Shown: in pieces, positions 53,901-64,000 of the stretch
How positions within the stretch are numbered: position 1 is the stretch's first letter
Layout: each line of letters opens with the position of its first letter
NCBI RefSeq assembly: GCF_021028975.2
Contig: NC_059436.1
Coordinates: forward strand, 25,544,001-25,608,000
Direction: 5' to 3'
From: Sphaerodactylus townsendi
Lineage: Eukaryota
Length of the DNA: 64,000 nucleotides
Notes under the pieces: generated by a model
The model's input: the letters and a program-made list of their open reading frames with translations, nothing else
What the model was told of the DNA's origin: nothing
Databases searched by the model: none
Position numbers and translations under genes: made by a program

Positions 53901-56900
53901 CACCAAAAGAGACAAGATTCACTAGGCTGCTTGGGCTGGGTATTGGCTGAGAAATGCCCTCCGCTCAAGAATCTATCCCAGGTATTTCAGTCACTGGGAT
54001 TTCATTCTGTTTATGAACCCAGTTGTAAACCAATCACTGGCAGAAAAAGAGGGGGGGCGGGATCAAAGGTAAGCCATTGTCCCGGCCAAAACAGGACATG
54101 GCTTACCAAACCATGGAGCTCCAAGCACGCAGAGTGTTCCAGCACTTGGCTCTGTGAAGGCCTCTGGCCAAAGCAGGACAATGGCTTACCAAGCTATGTC
54201 ACACCTAAAAGACACAGAGAGGAAAACAGCCATATTGCTAGAATGTAAGATCTTCCTTTGGAAGAGAAGGTCATCCCAAGGTGGGAGGGAGAAAGACATT
54301 TAAACTCTGGACACGAGAAAGAAACTCTGTCTTAGTTTCCAGCTCCTTGGACTGGTACAATTACCAAACTGCATTTTTATTAATAACTGAAAACAAGGAA
54401 TATTTTTAAGGCAATGAGCAAGCGCACACACACACACAAAGCACACACAAAGGCTGACTTAGAGGTAAAAGGGTGGAAGTTGGATAGTGTTTCAGGGATG
54501 GGGGATAGTGGTCAGTCTTAAAGTTCGTCCAGGGAAAGCACAGCTGAACAGAAAAATGACCAGCATTTCCAGGAGCTAAGGAAAGTGTCCACATGCACGC
54601 GCAGGTATCCAGAATACACCCGCACACACTATGAAAAGCCAAAGGGCCAATATTTATACCCTAAAATTGGTCCTGAGGTGGTATGAAGTAAGCTGGTAGG
54701 AAAGCCAGAAGCAAAGATTTGATTGATTTTCTGGGATTCAAACAATAAGATAGGAGAGGCATTGATGGGTCATCAGGATGACAGAGAATGTTTTAACTCT
54801 CGAATACTGACTGGTTGCTGGGGTGGGGGCAGAGAGGGCAAGGGATGGACTGCTCCGAGAACTCATTAGACCACCTTGGGGTGAAACAGTGGAAAGTAGC
54901 TTGGCCGGTTGTCCAGGCAGGCCAGGGCAAAAGTTCAGTTGCCAAGCACTTTCCTGCCCATGTTTGACACACAAGATGGATCCCAACCTTTTCTGAGAGG
55001 CGTCCATTTTGTGTAGGCCACCCTCTTGCTCTTAGGTCAGTCTTTGGTCCTTGTGCTTCTGTGGTACCCCTTGGCGGGAGAAGTTTGAAGACCACGACCT
55101 CAAAGTCCAGCTGCTATGCAGTAATCACCACAGGAACAATCTGTTCTGTTGGGCTGATGTGGCCCTTGATCCCTGAGCAAGGGGGGGGGTGCATCTTAGT
55201 CTGGTGTCTCAGCTGTGACCATTCCGCCTTAAGTGACCCTGCTAGGACCCCACCAACGCTTTTTCTTCCTGAGGTCAGCTGCCACAGAACAGCATTGGAA
55301 ACATGAAAGCTTAGACTTGAATAATAAAATGTAGTCAGTCTTTAAGGTGCCCTCGGAGGCTCCTGCTTATTTCTGCTGCGGAAGGCATTCCAATGAGAGG
55401 CCATATGAACAAGAGGACTCACCAGCAAAGGGCTGGATCCTGGGGTGCCTCCAGGTGCCTCTCACAAGACCAGGAGGAAGAGAAGAGCTAAGGAGGGCGG
55501 GAGGTGGGGGGAGAGGAAGCAGCCCTTTTGCCTCCCAGGGGACTGAGGGGGCTGTGGTCATGCCTGCAGCGGAAGCCTCACAAACTGTGAAATGCCTGCA
55601 GAAGCACCTCAGCAGATGGCTTCTTCCTCTGATAGAGACCTGCCCAGATCCTGCTTGCAGGATCTGCCCGTGATGGTTTGGTTGGGGCTCCTTCTCCCAG
55701 TACTTGTTGCGTGCCCTGTGTGGGCTTCCAGCAACGCTGCCATGGTGCTGCAAACATGTACATATCGGCATCTTTGCTCCATGTGGCTAGCCAAACGGAT
55801 TGTCTCTGGGGGGTGGGGGCTCCTATGTTCACATTTCATCCATGTTTGGCTGGCTACTGCGGTCTCTGCAGGATGAGCCGCAACTGGGTAAAAGAGAGAC
55901 TTTCCTTGTGGAGGCGTTTCCAGAGGGCAAGGAGCACACTGCAGGGACCAAGCCATGTACATCTGTCGTGGCAGTTCAGCAGCCAGGAATTGGCCACCGT
56001 GTTTCCCAGGGGCTCTCAGAAAGGAAGACTGGAAAGGAGCCAGGTCTGTTTAGTGGAACAGAGGCCCCATCCCTAGCGAGAGACGGACGGAGACCCCTCA
56101 GAGCCGGGGCTGCTTTGGCACCAAGCTGACACTGTGCCAGTTGGGCCTTGACTCTTCCGGCAGGCTGGCAAGTCATTCCCCGACATGGGGAAAGGATGCA
56201 AGAAATCCCAGATGCTGAAGCAGCAGGCAGCTGAGGGCCACAAAGGAAGCGTGGAAGCTGAGTGGGCAGGCCACGGGAGACAGGCTTCTGGGCCACTCGA
56301 TGCACAACTCCACATTGTTGACGGGGTGTAATTAACACCTGAGCTGCCTGCAAAGGGCTTGGGCCTTATCCACAGAGACCAAGCTCACAAATACAGTCCA
56401 CTTAGCATTCTACCTCCTACTCCAGGTGAGACAATTGGTGCCTTACCTGTCCCAACCTGACTTAGTCACAGTGATCCATGCAACACTCATGTCCAGACTG
56501 GATTACTGCAACTTGCTCTGTGCAGGGCTGCCCTTAAGGGTGCTCCGGAACCTCCAGCTAATGCAGAATGCAGCTGCACAAGTCCTAACAGAGACTCCCT
56601 CCCTGGTAAGCACACGTCCAAGCAGTGCTCTGCCAGCTGCATGGGCTCCCGGTGGAGCACTGGGTCAGATTCAAGGTTCTGGTACTGAACTTCAAAGCTC
56701 TTAATGGTCTGGGGCCCTCATACCTGCAAAACTGCCTCTCAAAGAGCCCTCTCTTCAGCAGATCACAACTTACTGGTGATCCCTCACCCAGAGACTGTCT
56801 GACTGGGCTCAACCAGGGCTTTTCGGCCCTGGCCTGATGGACTGCCCCGTCAAACGAGACCTGCATCATGTGGAGCCTATTACAGTTCCACAGACGAGCT

Positions 56901-58829
56901 GTTCTGTCAGGCTTACGGTTGAGCACAACAACAGGTCTTAAATAACAGGACCTCCCCTTCCCCTTCCCTCTTTGCCTCAACCTTCCCTTTTTCCTTTCTC
57001 TCTGTCAGGATGGGCCCCTTGGCTCATCCCCCCTCCCCCTTCCAGCCTCCCAGGAAAGGAAAGCTAAAATGCAGCCACAGCTCTCCAAGGTGTGGCCAAG
57101 CCCCTGTCCTTTGTAATGTTAACTCTGTATCTGAATGTTGGTATTCTTCCCTTTGTTATCTTGCCGTGGTGGCGAACCTTTGGCACTCCAGATGTTATGG
57201 ACTACAATTCCCATCAGCCCCTTCCAGCATGGCCAATTGGCCATGCTGCTGGCAAAGATATGAAATTGAGTGCTCTTCCTGTCGTCTCTTGGGCCGGGCA
57301 AGGGGGCGGGCCAAGGGCAGCAGGGATTTAAGGTTTGGTTCATTCTATATTCCCCAGAATTCGTCTATCCCTGGCATGCATCAGTCCTCAATAAAGTCTT
57401 ACGTTTTTAAAAGAAAACTACAGGTCGCTTTATTCTGGGACTGCGGTCTCACACTTTCCTTCTCCTTTTGAATGTATGAGTGCTGAACTTGGGGGTGGGA
57501 ATGGTATTTTATTAGATATATTATGTATTTATTAGATATATTATATGGCCCAATATGAGGTGTCAGAGACTATTCTGTAATACATTATTGTTGTTTTATT
57601 ATAAGCTGCCCTGAGCCTGTTAGGGAAGGGCAGTCTAAAAATCAAATATATAATAGAATCATAAAGTTGGAAGAGACCCCAAGGGCCATCCAGTCCAGCC
57701 CCCAGCCATTCAGGAACACACAACTGAAGAACTCCTGACAGGTGGGCATCCAGCCTCTGTTTAAAAACCTCCAAAGAAGGAGACTCCACCACACTCTGAG
57801 GTAGCGCATTCCACTGTCAAACAGCCCTTACTGTCAGGAAGTTCTTCCTGATGTTTAGGTGAAATCTCTTTTCCTTCACCTTGAACCCATTGCTTCTGGT
57901 CCTCATCTCTGGAGCAGCAGAAAACAAGTTTGCTCCCTCACCAACATGACATCCCTTCAGATATCTAAACGTGGCTATCATGTCACTTCTTAACCTTCTC
58001 TTCACCAAGCTAAACATACACAGCTCCCTAAGTCCCTCCTCATAGGGCATGGATTCCAGACCTTTTGCCATTTTGGTTGCCCTCCTCTGGACCCGTTTCA
58101 GCTTATCAATATCCTTTTTGAATTGCAGTGCCCAGAACTGGACATGCTATTCCAGCGGAGGTTTGATCAATGCAGAATAGAAAGGTACTATTAAGTCCAT
58201 CTATTCTAGACAGCATACTCCTCTTGATGCAGCCCAGAATTGCATTGGCTTTCTTGGCTGCTGCATCACTCGGCTGACTCATGTTCAGTTTGTGGTCTAC
58301 TAAGACTCCCAGATCCCTTTCACATGCACTGTTGTCAAGCCAGTACAAATCAAATCAAATTGTCTAAATCAAATCAAATTGTCTAAATCAAATCAAATTG
58401 TCTAAATCAAATCCTAAGACCTGGAAATCAAAACAGCAACAAAAGTGGGGATCAGGATGACAAGCTGGTTTCCTTCTTTTCATTCTGGTGTAGCTCTCTT
58501 TAAGGAGCTCCAAGGCATTCGTTCTATGGTTCTGCTGTATGAGACCCTTTCCCAGTCCGATGCTGGACTTCCTAGTGTTGGGGACAGGGAAGCTCTTGAT
58601 GATAGGATAACACAATCCAAAAAGCATGCCCGCTTACACATCCTGGTGCCTCCTCCTACCTCTCAGAGGTCCTACTGACAAATGTCTGATTGGAACTTAT
58701 TCATACTCATAGTAGCCCTCTGAGAGGCAGCCCTTCCCTGCTCTGGCAAGATCATCCCTGGCCCCACTGCCACAGCTCCATCAGAAGGCCCCAACTCACC
58801 AAGTCATCAAGGATACTGTATTCCCCCAT
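50944..58829 (-). CDS. CXCR5: C-X-C chemokine receptor 5 (BLR1), about 407 aa, two exons
   Basis: Main exon 52137-50944 (NWNYSTSD..YLC..LFVPLVYLLIFLLGGLGNALV; DRYLAVV; CWTPYH; NPLLYAFVGVRFR). Candidate exon 1 58829-58800 (MGEYSILDDL|GTGAGT, phase 0). Adjacent to BCL9L as in mammals. Exon 1 is less certain than the main exon. Confidence 0.9.
56400..56900 (+). mobile_element. Decayed L2-type LINE fragment (ORF2 C-terminus)
   Basis: VIHATLMSRLDYCNLL..GLP..LQLMQNAAA and LHGLPV..RFKVLVLNFKALNGLGPSYL are typical L2 ORF2 motifs. Confidence 0.8.
57163..57250. mobile_element. Half copy of the palindromic hAT-derived MITE
   Basis: GTGGTGGCGAACCTTTGGCACTCCAGATGTTATGGACTACAATTCCCATCAGCCCC shared with 26341 and 59755. 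Confidence 0.65.
57655..58342 (-). mobile_element. CR1 LINE 3' fragment in the CXCR5 intron
   Basis: PYEEGLRELCMFSLVKRRLRSDMIATFRYLKG and CERDLGVLVDHKLNMSQ peptides; CR1 tail. Confidence 0.88.
58347..58413. repeat. 19-bp minisatellite (AAATCAAATCAAATTGTCT) x3.5
   Basis: Three exact units plus a partial unit. Confidence 0.9.
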
Positions 58830-59035
58830 TGTCTGGGATGCCGTCTCTCTCTACAGCCTCTCCGTTGGCCTTGCAGAGCTTTACCAAGGGAGAAGACCCT
58901 AGCAGGATGAGAAGACCTCATCTCCTTGTTTGCAAGGCAAATTGGCTCTCTAAACGCCACCACACATGACTGATTCTTCCTGTCTAGAGGGCTTAAGTGA
59001 AGCCTGCCTCATTTGAAGAGGAGCAAAGGCCCTAA

Positions 59036-59305
59036 GCTTGTTTTCTGCTGCTCCAGAGATGAGGACCAGGAGTCATGGGTTCAAGGTGCAGGAAAAGAGA
59101 TTCCACCTAAATATTAGAGAGAACGTCCTGACAGTAAGGGCTGATCAACAGCGTAATCTGCTGCCTCAGAGGGTGGTGGAGTCTCCTTTGTTGGAGGTTT
59201 TTAAAAAGAGGCTGGATGGCCACCTGCCAAGAGTGCTTTGATGGTGTGTTCCTGCATGGCAGGGGTTGTATTTGATGGCTCTTGTGGTCTTTTCCAACTC
59301 TGTTT
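59036..59305 (+). mobile_element. CR1 LINE 3' fragment just upstream of CXCR5 exon 1
   Basis: FSAAPEMRTRSHGFKVQEKRFHLNIRENVLTVRA..VVESPLLEVFKKRLD. Confidence 0.85.
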
Positions 59306-59754
59306 CGATGATTCGAGGAATGTTATCCAGGGCCAGATTGAGACCTTTAGAAGCCATAGGTGCTGAAAAGATTATGATTCCTCCATATACCCTATAGATA
59401 ATTAAAATTAACAACAATAATAAACTGTAAAATATATATATACATGTGTACATATGTGTTTTAATGAATAAATATCGTTACTTGTATGAAACAAAAAACC
59501 TATAATTCTATTGCTTTCTTGCTTCGAAGATACATAGCGTTTTAACTTAAATCAAAGATGCAAAATAATGTTTATTGTTGCTTACTGATAACTTTATTTA
59601 TACGATAAAAAGTTTTCTCCTTCATTTTTAATTGCAACATCTGTGATCTTATCCTCAAAATTAATCTGATAAGAAATCTGCTTCAATACTTAGCAGAGAT
59701 AAGGAGAGAGAGAAAAACCTCTATAGGGCCCTCTTTGTGCTTATTTGGCAACTC

Positions 59755-59857
59755 GCGGCCCTCCAGATGTTATGGACTACAGTTCCCATCATCCCCTGCC
59801 AGCATGATGCTGGCAGGGGATGGTGGGAACTGTAGTCCATAACATCTGGAAGGCCGC
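59755..59857. mobile_element. Palindromic hAT-derived MITE
   Basis: About 51-bp near-perfect inverted arms around a 1-nt centre; family copies at 26341 and 57163. Confidence 0.8.
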
Positions 59858-62479
59858 AAGTTTGACACCTAAGGATCCAGGACTGATGTAATCTGCTACT
59901 CATTCTGTTTCTGTTTATTCTGTTTTGCTGTAATTTTTCAAAAATGGTTTGGTCTGCTCCTTTAGGAAAGATTGTGGTCAAAGTACCTTTGGATGCTGTG
60001 TGGATGAGAAAGTCTACATTTTTGCAGCTCTTGCCCAAATTGGCACTATTTTCCTTACTTCTTCCTTGTGGCTGCCATAGTCTCCTTTCCCACCCCAACA
60101 CTGTGAAAGGTTACCCAAAGCCGGTGCCTTACCAGGAACCTACCAACACCTGGGTTCTTTATCCAGATACTCTCAAACAGCTGAGATTTTAAAATGTTAT
60201 TAAAAGGAAAGGAAAAGAAATAAGATCAGTTCTCCCTCAGCTCTAGACATTACCAAGTATAAAAACAATACAAGGCTGTTCAGCCCAAGGCAGAAGAACA
60301 GCCAGGAGAAAATCTCAAGAAGAATCCTTGGTGAATGAATCTCTTTCTAAAATGGTGTCCGGGGTTTCATGGAATTGGCTCATCTAGACCATCCGATCAG
60401 TAATTAATGGCCAACTTTCAGGAATGCTTTGATCGTGTATTCCTGCATGGCAGGGGTGATTCTATGTGACAGATGTTTTCAGGTGCCCGTGGACCCCACC
60501 CTGTGCTGCTTTCTTTCCACAGTCTGACTTTCTGGCAATGAAAAAAAAAACACTTCAGAACTTGCAGAGTCGGGTTGAGAAGGGCAGACAATTTAAGTGC
60601 TGTGGAGGCTTCTTTGGGCTGTTGTCACCAAATTTTCCTAATTGCCTTCGAATTCCAGCTTCTTGTTCCTAACTACTAGCAGTAAAATCCATTTCAAACT
60701 GCAACAAAATGGGCTTTAGACAGGGGGATGGGAAAATGTAGGCGGGGGAGTGGGTGGGCTGGTGGCAGGTTTCTCTGACACCCCCCCTGCACATCTCCTG
60801 CCCCCCTCACTCCGGAGTCACTCTGCCGCTGCTCTGTCACTACTCTATGGTAAAGAGACAAGAAGATTAGGACAGTAAAATAAATTAGCACTGGCTTTGC
60901 CTACAAGGTACAAAACAGACCTTCCCTCCCCACAATAATTATTAGTTGATTTGTAAATGCTGTAGTGACCACACAGAAAACACAAAGTAAAGGAAGTGTG
61001 ATTTTAAAGCAAAATAACAACAACTGCAAGGAGCAGCGTACCCCTGGCTTAATGGATCCCGTTTGCTCCTGACTAAACCTGCAATATGATTCTTATCAAT
61101 GTGGGTTTGTGGTGCTGAACTGTTATGGGAATTGAGAGCTCAGTCAATATGGCATCATGTAGAATTCTGTTTCAATTCCACCCAACTTCCCAAAAAGTAA
61201 TCCTTTTGCCATGCAAAATAACTCCCATGTGGGCATTTTCAAAATCAAATTTCTGGTCACTCGAATTGTGTCTTGTTTTAATGACATTTTTGGAACCCAG
61301 TACAAATTATTTGGAAGGAGTAGGGAGAGACACAATAATACCCAGAGAGAGCTGAGAAATTCTTGTGGCAGGAAGCTTTACTTGTGTGTGAATCACTGTA
61401 TGAAAACAAGAACTGAAAGTGTCAAGGGAAAAACTCTGGTTCCATCTGAATGCTTACTGACTGCCACACTGAACATTAACAGGCACAGTTGAAAGGGATG
61501 GGGGGGAGGAATCAACAGCTGGCTGGCCATTGCGGGAGAGTGCCTCCCCCCACACATGCACAGCCATGTTGGCCAGGCAGGGAGTCACAGGGACTGCACA
61601 CACCCCTTGACATGTCTTGAAGATTCAGAGATTGCATTCCCTGTTCCATAGAATGATACCAATAAGAGTATAGTTGAGATGTTTACCTGTCTGCACCCAT
61701 GAGAGGGAATCAGGATGGACCACAGAGGCATGTACAGAGGACATGAGATCTCATATACACCTGCAAGGACCTTAATGCTGCTACTGATCGCAATGACCAT
61801 TGGTTGCCCAGCCCTGTATGGGCAGGCTCTTTACTACCACTTTATGTGAGGGGCATACTTTCGCATATGCAAACCCTGTGGGAGGGGCATGCAAACATGC
61901 TTCCAGGCAGGGCTGAAGGAGATGCTCCATCTTCTCAGGGTGGACAGCTCCATCTACAGAGCATGCCTAGGGCACACAGCCATGCACCAGAAGGCTGTAA
62001 TGGAACCAGCTGTTACAGGGGTCAGGACCACACTGGCACTGGCCGGTGTTCTTCTCCCACTTGGTCCAGTTCAACTGGCAGTACGTGTCAGCACCAGCTT
62101 GACCCACTCAGGAGGAATGAGGGGCTATGCTATATCCTCTGGGAATCACTGGGAAGTAGATTGCAAGGCCATGCCCCAGCACAACACCAGGCAGGCAAGC
62201 AGCCACCGGACTGCAGAAGCAGTGTGTCTGGTCACACCACCACTTAGCCCAGACCAGGGGTCAGTAGGGGCCCAAATGTGTCCTGCAGAGCTGTGTTTGG
62301 GCAGATGCAAGACCACTGGGATGTAGCAGTAATGGTCAGGCAAGCAGGGTGTCATGTCTACCACCAGTATTTACACGACAGTGTGCTTCTTCCTCAGTGA
62401 GCTCCAAAGGGTGGTGAGGCAGGATCTGCTTTGGCCTTGTCGTTCCTCTGCGCTCTCTTTGACTCTAGTGGGCACTCAC

Positions 62480-63900
62480 GGGGCCTGGGACAGGCGTTGG
62501 GCTGGAAGGCTGCCCTTCCCCTCTGGGCCTCATTGTTAACGGAGGGGAAATCCCCGCGGCGTCCGCTGTTCTGCGGCACTTCTGCTGCTGCTGCAGGCGC
62601 CCTCGCAGCACATGCCGGTTGCAGCAGACCCACAGGCTGACCCACAGTGACCTCCCACCCGCTCTCCCGGAACTGCTGCTTCCATCTTTGGTGCTTGTTG
62701 CGAGCACGACGTCCTCTAGAGGGCGCCTTCCTTGGTCGGGCGGGCGGTCGCTCGGGGGGAAGGGCGATGCCCACAGCGCATGCGCTCTAGGACCGGTAGC
62801 GCCTGGGCTTTTCCACTGGTCAACGGGACGGGGCTCTTCTGAGGCGGGGGCGGCGCAGCTCGCACAGGCCGGGAACGGCAGCGCGCCCTCCCCCAGCGAC
62901 TCCCGGCCACCAGCGACCGGAGGGGCCGAGGCCTACGGCGCACGCGCAGAAGAGGCCCCACGCGCGGACGCACGCCCCGCCCACGCTCAGGCGTCTCTCC
63001 CCAGCTGCGCACGCGCACCAGTGCACGACAGTGATCCGGTAAGCGAGGGGGCGTGGCCTGCGCGGAGGAGGAAGAGCGCCAGGGAGGAAGGAAGGAGGGA
63101 GCCGCCATCTTGTCGTCGCGTCGCCTCCGCCGCCGCCATAGTCCGGAGGAGACCGACGGAGGAGGAGGCGGCAGCAGCAGCCGCCGCCAGCGTTGAGAGC
63201 GGGAGGCGGCGAGGCCCGGCCCGGCCCGGCGAGTGGCGGCGGTGAGGCTCCGCGGCGTCTCCTCTGCGGTCAGCTCTTCCCGGCGCTGAGGGGGCCGCGC
63301 GCGACTGGGCCCTGGATCGGGGCCCCGCCTCACGCGCCCTTGCGCGCCCGCCCGCCCGCCGGCCCGGGGAGAGGCGGCGGCCTGGGCCCAGGAGCCGGGC
63401 GGGGCGGGGCGGCTTCCGTGGGCCCGAGACCCCCCGCCCCTCGGGCTCCCCGCGCAGCACCCCCGGGGGGAGCCCCGCTCGGCCCGCCCGCCCGCCCGCC
63501 CGCCCGCCGTGACGGGGTGGGGGGTGGGGGTGGTCTCGTCTGGCGGCCTCCCGGGACTCTCGCCTTGGGTCTCGGCGGCCGCAGCAGGGCCCAGCGCCAG
63601 GCCGTCGTCCGCGGGGCGCTTCGTGCGCGCTGCAGGCCTGCAGGGGAGGGGGAGCCGTCGGCCTGCCCGCGTCCCCCCGTCGAGCATCCTTGGCTGGCGG
63701 CCGGGGGGGCCTCGCGATGGCCCCGGTTGGGGCAGGCCTCACCATCGGCCGTTGAGCTGCGGTCCTCGTGGCCGCGCACGACGAGCCTCTCAGCTGCTGT
63801 CGCAGGGAAGGAAAGGCCCCGCTTCCTGGGAAGCTGTTTCTGCGCGCCGCGCTCCTTCAGGAGGCTTCAAGAGTGGGGGAGGCGGCGTCCCTTGCAAAGT
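62480..63900 (+). promoter_or_regulatory. DDX6: CpG-island promoter with a probable non-coding first exon (about 63060-63241) of the next gene, likely DDX6
   Basis: CpG island; NRF1 palindrome GCGCATGCGC (62776-62785); YY1-type GCCGCCATCTT (about 63101); donor G|GTGAGG at 63242. The DDX6 identity rests on human synteny only, since no coding sequence is in the window. Confidence 0.55.
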
Positions 63901-64000
63901 GGGGTGGGGGGGGGATCTTGTCATGGACGGTCCCATGCGTGGGGTGCCCTGCAATGTAGATCAACGGATGGGGCCTTTTTGTTGAGGAGCCCAAAACAGC

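Noticed and set aside
54068-54210. GGTAAGCCATTGTCC inverted repeats and an apparent 15-nt micro-exon in the CXCR5 intron
   Set aside because: Looks like a degenerate palindromic repeat; there is no independent support for exon use.
58347-58413. Tandem array as a CRISPR-like structure
   Set aside because: Eukaryotic DNA, no spacers; it is a simple minisatellite.
58809-58816. U12 donor consensus GTATCCTT inside CXCR5 exon 1
   Set aside because: The acceptor has a U2 polypyrimidine tract and no U12 branch site, and using this donor would break the frame; probably chance.
61560-62350. Cluster of 70-150 aa ORFs between CXCR5 and the last CpG island
   Set aside because: No recognisable protein motif or splice pattern; possibly an old repeat that I cannot classify.
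62716-63779. 250-320 aa minus-strand ORFs in the terminal CpG island
   Set aside because: GC-rich low-complexity artefacts.

Overview
Vertebrate genomic DNA with spliced genes and no prokaryotic features. It is a GC-rich, compact squamate region, probably gecko judging by a tRNA-derived SINE with (CTT)n tails and CR1 LINEs. It is syntenic to human 11q23.3. Gene order: 3' half of HYOU1 (+, ends KNDEL), SLC37A4 (+, including the 66-nt vG6PT alternative exon), TRAPPC4 (-) head-to-head with RPS25 (+), CENATAC/CCDC84 (-), a divergent FOXR1 (-), an 87-N gap, BCL9L (+, two locally scrambled patches, probably consensus errors), CXCR5 (-, two exons, long C-tail), and a CpG island that is probably the DDX6 promoter. 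I built exon structures by hand from GT/AG sites, phase continuity and recalled human orthologues. Repeats include CR1 and L2 fragments, SINEs and non-autonomous hAT elements with intact 8-bp TSDs, one forming a LINE>hAT>SINE nest. Most long ORFs in the supplied track are GC-rich or antisense artefacts. I found no clearly new biological system. The best leads are a CTG/CAG stem beside the SLC37A4 start codon, a hairpin and candidate poison exon in a CENATAC intron, a FOXR2-like N-terminus on FOXR1, the apparent absence of UPK2, and an OC1-like hAT MITE.
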